Source: Acidimicrobiia bacterium (GTDB lineage Bacteria; Actinomycetota; Acidimicrobiia; IMCC26256; JAGPDB01). From it: a stretch of 64,000 nucleotides of DNA. The notes under the pieces were generated by a model. The model saw only the letters and a list, made by a program, of their open reading frames with translations, had not been told where the DNA came from and did not search any database. Position numbers and translations under genes: made by a program. Positions 59,324 through 64,000 of the stretch are shown piece by piece. Where the stretch lies: the NCBI GenBank assembly GCA_018057765.1, contig JAGPDB010000002.1, positions 32,138 through 96,137 of the forward strand. Direction: 5' to 3'. How positions within the stretch are numbered: the stretch's first letter is position 1; each line of letters opens with the position of its first letter.

Positions 59324-60681
59324 TATCTATCTACCTCTCCCATAATAGGATCAACGCTGGAAATTACAGCAACAGCATCTGCCAGGTAACGTCCTTGCAT
59401 CATTGGGCTCATGGTTTGCAAATTATAAAAACTTGGTCCTCTAATGTGCATACGTAAAGGCTTAGGTTCACTATCGGCGACAATATAACATCCAATTTCT
59501 CCACGTGGAGATTCAACAGCCATATAGGTCTCACCTGCAGGAACTTTAAAACCCTCAGTAAAAATTTTAAAATGGTGAATTAGTGCTTCCATGGATTCGT
59601 CAATACGTTGACGAGGCGGAGGTGTAACTTTTTTATCTTGAACACGAAAATCACCGAGTGGCATTTTATCTACACATTGGCGGACTATTTTTACAGATTC
59701 TAAAATTTCATATAACCTAATTCGATAACGGTCGAATACATCGCCATTTTCTGTTGTTATAACATCAAACTCAACTTCATTATATGCCAAATAAGGTTGT
59801 TCTTTTCGTAAATCCCAAGCATAGCCTGTTGATCGCAATATTGGTCCCGTAGCACTTAACCCTAGAGCATCTTCGGTCGATAAGATACCTACACCAACCA
59901 TGCGCTCACGATATATTGGGTTAGCGCTTAACAATAAATCATATTGTTTAACACCTTTTTCGACCATGTCACAAATCTCTAAAACATCTTTTTTCCAACC
60001 ATCAGGAAGATCTGCTGCTATTCCGCCGACACGGATAAAGTTATGGTTCATTCTTAAACCAGTTATCTTTTCTAATAATCTCAGTACTTCTTCGCGTTCA
60101 CGCCAACCATAAATCATCATCGAAACCGCACCAACATCCATACCATTTGTTGCCTGAAATAGTAAGTGTGATGAAATCCTGTTTAACTCAACTAACATCA
60201 TTCGAGCCCATGTTGCACGTGCAGGTATTTCTATATCTAATAATTTTTCAGCGGCTAAAGAATATACAAGTTCATTTGATAATGGTGACGCGTAATCCAT
60301 ACGGGTTACATTTGTGCAACCTTGAACATAAGTCAGTTCTTCACCAGTTTTTTCCATTCCAGTATGGAGGTATCCGATGATTGGTTTTGAATCTATAACT
60401 GTTTCGCCATCTAATTCCATCATCACACGAAGGACACCATGTGTTGAAGGATGTTGTGGACCCATGTTTATAAGCATTGTCTCATCGAGATCGCCATCTG
60501 GCCATGGGCCTCCTGCAAATACTATTTCTTTTTTCTTTAAGGTTTGTGAACCCTCATCTGTTTGAGCAAAAAGTCTATCGTTTGCATTTTCGTGAAAAAT
60601 ATTGTCTTGGGATGCGAGAAATTCTTGTTTTTCATCATCTGTATTCTCATCGAATATATCTTTATTTAGTTCTTGATCCAT
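59323..60681 (-). CDS. nuoD: NADH-quinone oxidoreductase subunit D (cluster 2), with an N-terminal extension
   Basis: 452 aa. NMGPQHPSTHGVLRV. Confidence 0.9.
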   Translation of the reverse strand: MDQELNKDIFDENTDDEKQEFLASQDNIFHENANDRLFAQTDEGSQTLKKKEIVFAGGPWPDGDLDETMLINMGPQHPSTHGVLRVMMELDGETVIDSKPIIGYLHTGMEKTGEELTYVQGCTNVTRMDYASPLSNELVYSLAAEKLLDIEIPARATWARMMLVELNRISSHLLFQATNGMDVGAVSMMIYGWREREEVLRLLEKITGLRMNHNFIRVGGIAADLPDGWKKDVLEICDMVEKGVKQYDLLLSANPIYRERMVGVGILSTEDALGLSATGPILRSTGYAWDLRKEQPYLAYNEVEFDVITTENGDVFDRYRIRLYEILESVKIVRQCVDKMPLGDFRVQDKKVTPPPRQRIDESMEALIHHFKIFTEGFKVPAGETYMAVESPRGEIGCYIVADSEPKPLRMHIRGPSFYNLQTMSPMMQGRYLADAVAVISSVDPIMGEVDR

Positions 60682-61250
60682 TAGCTAAAATCTCGCTTTT
60701 CAACGGGGTGTGACTGGTCTTGCTTTGCAATAGAAGGATCCGATTTCGAATCTCGTGGTAAATCATCTGTAAAATTAACTGGAATCCTCGCTGGCGTATC
60801 ATCTTTACGAAGTGGATAACCTATCCATTCTTCAGGCATTAGTATTCTAGACATTTCTTCATGTCCATCAAAAGTTATACCGAACATGTCGTATACTTCG
60901 CGCTCTGCAAAATTTGCGCCAGGAAATATATCCATTATTGAATCAACATTTGTTTTATTTTCATTAACTGGAACAATAAGTCGTATTCTTTCATTGCGTT
61001 TGTGAGAAATAAAATTAGATACAATTTCAAAACGTTCTAATGATACTCCAGCTATACTTATTCTTTCATGTGCACCATGAAAATCCACTGCAGTAACATC
61101 TATGCACATAATTACATCACACTGATCTTTTAGGAATCTAACTATGTCTTTATAATCAGTTTTGCTTGCGTAAATGACGTCCTGTCCATGTGAATCTGTT
61201 GGTATTACATTAACAAATTTTTCTATTACACTACTAGACAAGGAATTCAT
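60681..61250 (-). CDS. nuoC: NADH-quinone oxidoreductase subunit C (cluster 2)
   Basis: 189 aa, 30-kDa subunit family, between nuoB and nuoD. Confidence 0.85.
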   Translation of the reverse strand: MNSLSSSVIEKFVNVIPTDSHGQDVIYASKTDYKDIVRFLKDQCDVIMCIDVTAVDFHGAHERISIAGVSLERFEIVSNFISHKRNERIRLIVPVNENKTNVDSIMDIFPGANFAEREVYDMFGITFDGHEEMSRILMPEEWIGYPLRKDDTPARIPVNFTDDLPRDSKSDPSIAKQDQSHPVEKRDFS

Positions 61251-61825
61251 GATTTAACCTTTCGAACTGTAGGGTTCGGTAAGGGTTTTCCGCTGGCAGT
61301 TTGACCATCTATTTGAGGAATAATTATTCCTGCACCTGTTCTATTTTCGCTACGACGTTTTAAAATATCTCCATTTTTTACTTGCTCATGGAGAGTTAAA
61401 ATACCATGTATCAAAGTCTCAGGCCCTGGAGGACAACCAGGTACGTACACATCAACTGGAACTATTTGATCCACCCCTTGGACAATGGCGTAATTATTAA
61501 ACATTCCACCGCTAGAAGCACAAACACCCATTGAAATAACCCATTTTGGTTCTGCCATCTGATCGTATACTTGACGTAATACTGGTGCCATTTTCTGACT
61601 TACTCTACCAGCAACTATCATCAAGTCTGCTTGACGCGGAGAAGCGCGAAATACTTCCATTCCAAATCGAGCAATATCATAGTGAGCAGCTCCAGATGCC
61701 ATCATCTCGATTGCACAACATGCTAATCCAAAAGTTGCAGGCCACATAGAATTTTTTCTTGCCCATTGAACCATGTCTTCTAAACGACCGGTCAAAAAGT
61801 TATGTGATACTGATTCTAAACCCAT
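61247..61825 (-). CDS. nuoB: NADH-quinone oxidoreductase subunit B (cluster 2)
   Basis: [17 protein letters not shown] and GCPPGP. Confidence 0.9.
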   Translation of the reverse strand: MGLESVSHNFLTGRLEDMVQWARKNSMWPATFGLACCAIEMMASGAAHYDIARFGMEVFRASPRQADLMIVAGRVSQKMAPVLRQVYDQMAEPKWVISMGVCASSGGMFNNYAIVQGVDQIVPVDVYVPGCPPGPETLIHGILTLHEQVKNGDILKRRSENRTGAGIIIPQIDGQTASGKPLPNPTVRKVKS

Positions 61826-62286
61826 TATTTTTCACCTCGAACGAAACCCTCTGAGCGGATTATTGGTTTTACGATTTTTGATTTTCTTGATGTCAAGGGT
61901 CCAAAATTTAAAACTCCACTAGATAATAAATAGGCAAAAGGAAAAAGGAGAACAATCAAAAATATTCCCATAACAGCTAGACCAGCCGAACCTAAACCGG
62001 CAATCTCTATTCCATTAGGGAATGTTCTACGTACAAATATTGTCGCAAATGGATATAGAAATATTATTTCAACATCGATAACTATAAAAGCTATTGCAAG
62101 CAAATAGAATTTTACAGAAAATCTTTCCTGCGTGTCTTTTTCTGGGATTATTCCACATTCATAAGGTGCAGTTTTTGCCATAGTTCTTCGTTTTGGACCC
62201 AAAAGAATTGAGGCAGCAAAAGAAGCAAAAACAAATATTAGCGCTATAACTAAAAGTATTAAAATAGGTTGATAAGAACGAAGCAT
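61825..62286 (-). CDS. nuoA: NADH-quinone oxidoreductase subunit A (cluster 2)
   Basis: 153 aa. [15 protein letters not shown] motif. First gene of the operon. Confidence 0.85.
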   Translation of the reverse strand: MLRSYQPILILLVIALIFVFASFAASILLGPKRRTMAKTAPYECGIIPEKDTQERFSVKFYLLAIAFIVIDVEIIFLYPFATIFVRRTFPNGIEIAGLGSAGLAVMGIFLIVLLFPFAYLLSSGVLNFGPLTSRKSKIVKPIIRSEGFVRGEK

Positions 62287-62301
62287 TGCAGAGTTTAATT
62301 C

Positions 62302-62586
62302 CTATTCATCGTTTTCATTATTACTTTTTTTCGATTCCTTCGATCTTTTGATTCTATCCATAGCAAATATCCCAAGAATTATAACAGTAACTACCAAGAA
62401 CAAGATTACGAATCCCAGGCCTCCACCGCCCGGTTGTGTTCCTCCACCTTTTTCGCCGGACGCATCAATAGCAACTCCACCACGTTCTGTAGTACACGCA
62501 TTTAAAATAATTGCAATTACTGAAAAACAAGATAATCGAATAATAGATTTATTAATTTTTAAAGATATTTTCTTCATCTTATGCAT
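62302..62586 (-). CDS. Small Gly-rich membrane or lipoprotein-like protein (94 aa)
   Basis: A lipobox-like ILNAC, a Gly-rich middle and a C-terminal TM helix. Sits 16 bp upstream of nuoA2. Confidence 0.45.
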   Translation of the reverse strand: MHKMKKISLKINKSIIRLSCFSVIAIILNACTTERGGVAIDASGEKGGGTQPGGGGLGFVILFLVVTVIILGIFAMDRIKRSKESKKSNNENDE

Positions 62587-63385
62587 CTACCTTTTCTTTT
62601 TCTTCGTCCTCTTTAATATCACCATTCACAACTTCTTCTGGTTTAGTATCTTGTTCCCTCCAGTGAAGATTCAAAAGAAATATTATGCACAAAATAAATG
62701 AACCGAGAAACAAAAAAGTAGGTGGTTGCCTGAGTGAACCAAGGTCCTTTTCTAAAACCAATACCTTTGTGTTAGTTTTTCCGTCGAGCGGAGTCTCACA
62801 TGTATTTCTAAAAGCTGTTTTACTTTTTATTTCATCAAGTGGACAATATATAGCAACAGCATATAGTGGCTTGTGCTTAAATTCTAAGTGGAGTGGATTA
62901 GCTGTCGAACCACCAATACGATAAATATCTGTAACAACAATCGGTTTAGATGGAAGATCAGCAGCGATGGATTCAGGTTTTTCAGTACCTTCTAAAGCTG
63001 GAGCTAAGATTGTGTCTGCTGCAGCTTTAATATTTGCATATTCAGCACCAGTTATTTTTGTTCCCGAATTTTCAATATCTTGGACTGCTATAGTTTTAGA
63101 ACTTTTTGCAGTATTGTTAATAGATAGCGGCTTCCATTCTTCCACTCGACCTTTAAAAACATTTAATGGTGTAGCAGTTGTCATCCAAAGTAACGACAAC
63201 ACACAAAGAAAAGCAGTTACAACAGAACCAACGATTAGGAAACCTAAACGTGATCCAACGTTCGTAGCCAATAACAAATAGGTAGAACCGAAGAACATAC
63301 CCACTCCAGCTATAACCACCAGCCAACCAATGCTTAGTGGGTATAAGATTGTTTTTTCTAAGACTTCATTTGCTAGAAATATCAT
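62579..63385 (-). CDS. Hypothetical integral membrane protein (268 aa)
   Basis: Hydrophobic helices at both termini. No family recognised. Confidence 0.5.
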   Translation of the reverse strand: MIFLANEVLEKTILYPLSIGWLVVIAGVGMFFGSTYLLLATNVGSRLGFLIVGSVVTAFLCVLSLLWMTTATPLNVFKGRVEEWKPLSINNTAKSSKTIAVQDIENSGTKITGAEYANIKAAADTILAPALEGTEKPESIAADLPSKPIVVTDIYRIGGSTANPLHLEFKHKPLYAVAIYCPLDEIKSKTAFRNTCETPLDGKTNTKVLVLEKDLGSLRQPPTFLFLGSFILCIIFLLNLHWREQDTKPEEVVNGDIKEDEEKEKVDA

Positions 63386-63387
63386 GA

Positions 63388-64000
63388 TTATTTTCCTGTT
63401 TTATCCAAGGTGCCAGCACCTTCATTTGAATTTGTACCAGTTTTAATTTTTGAATTACTTTGGGAACCGGCATTTGTATTGTTCTTATCTGAATTGCTAC
63501 CGCCAGGAATTGAATTATTCTTAGAGATACCAGAACCTAAGGGTACAACACCCAATGAGTTTCCACTCTGAGAGACCAACCCATTGCGCTCATAATCAAC
63601 AATCATTGCTATTTCATCTTCATTTAATAATGCACCAGGAGCAGTATTGTATCCCGGCATTCGGCCAGACCCAATTCCTCTAGCGCCGTAAACAACTTGA
63701 TATATAGAACCTGAGCCTATGAATAGTTTCTGATCTGTTTCACTTAAGAACTGATTTACTACCGAACCTCCAGCTAGGTTTGGCCCCATAGCACCAGTAC
63801 CCTGCGCAGATGGTAATGCAATTCTAGAATCAGAAGGATTAAAGAATGACCAGCCTTTTGTATGACATCTAGCGCAGTTAGCTTCAAATAATAATTGGCC
63901 ATCATTTTCACTCTTGACTTGCTCTAGCCTTAATTTAGAATTTTCAAATGATGCAGGAGCGAAAATCTCTTTAGTAGCTTTTGCTCTTGCTAATGCATCA
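63388..64000 (-). CDS. c-type cytochrome (C-terminal portion; the gene continues beyond the window end)
   Basis: The translation of the reverse strand at 63790-64000 continues the ORF in frame and contains the heme-binding CARCH (CxxCH) motif: ...LFEANCARCHTKGWSFFNPSDSRIALPSAQGTGAMGPNLAGG... Confidence 0.7.
   Translation of the reverse strand, partial: DALARAKATKEIFAPASFENSKLRLEQVKSENDGQLLFEANCARCHTKGWSFFNPSDSRIALPSAQGTGAMGPNLAGGSVVNQFLSETDQKLFIGSGSIYQVVYGARGIGSGRMPGYNTAPGALLNEDEIAMIVDYERNGLVSQSGNSLGVVPLGSGISKNNSIPGGSNSDKNNTNAGSQSNSKIKTGTNSNEGAGTLDKTGK

Noticed and set aside
34020-62286. Possibility that the two nuo clusters are an assembly duplication artefact
   Set aside because: Paralogous subunits differ extensively at the protein level. 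Cluster 1 lacks three genes and has different gene lengths (for example NuoL 714 against 653 aa).

Overview
This is an AT-rich (roughly 35% GC by eye) bacterial chromosomal window. Gene content and order suggest a low-GC actinobacterial-type genome, possibly a marine streamlined actinobacterium; that lineage call is inference. Evidence includes NusG with an acidic N-terminal extension, SecE with an N-terminal extension, and NuoD/NuoG with actinobacterial-like extensions. Contents, left to right: rplA-rplK, separated from secE-nusG by a 4-gene insertion; a roughly 5 kb block of hypothetical repeat proteins ending at tRNA-Trp, which is flanked by tandem tRNA-3'-end-like repeats; a flotillin; a BNR/Asp-box beta-propeller surface protein and an APH-like kinase; a ferredoxin; an amino-acid permease fused to Usp domains; an LPXTG protein; tRNA-Met(CAU), tRNA-Thr and tRNA-Tyr, each with flank duplications; an extracytoplasmic redox cluster (cupredoxin lipoprotein, Tat metallophosphoesterase, CcdA, ResA-like redoxin); YajQ; a MidA/NDUFAF7-like methyltransferase; then two complete but divergent NADH:quinone oxidoreductase (nuo) operons on the minus strand. 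The first nuo operon has 11 subunits (nuoABCDHIJKLMN, no nuoEFG). The second is canonical with 14 subunits (nuoA-N). A cytochrome c gene runs off the 3' end of the window. A short conserved hairpin motif (GCARGG-ACGGA-CCYTGY) recurs in at least five intergenic regions. No CRISPR array, integrase or transposase was found.
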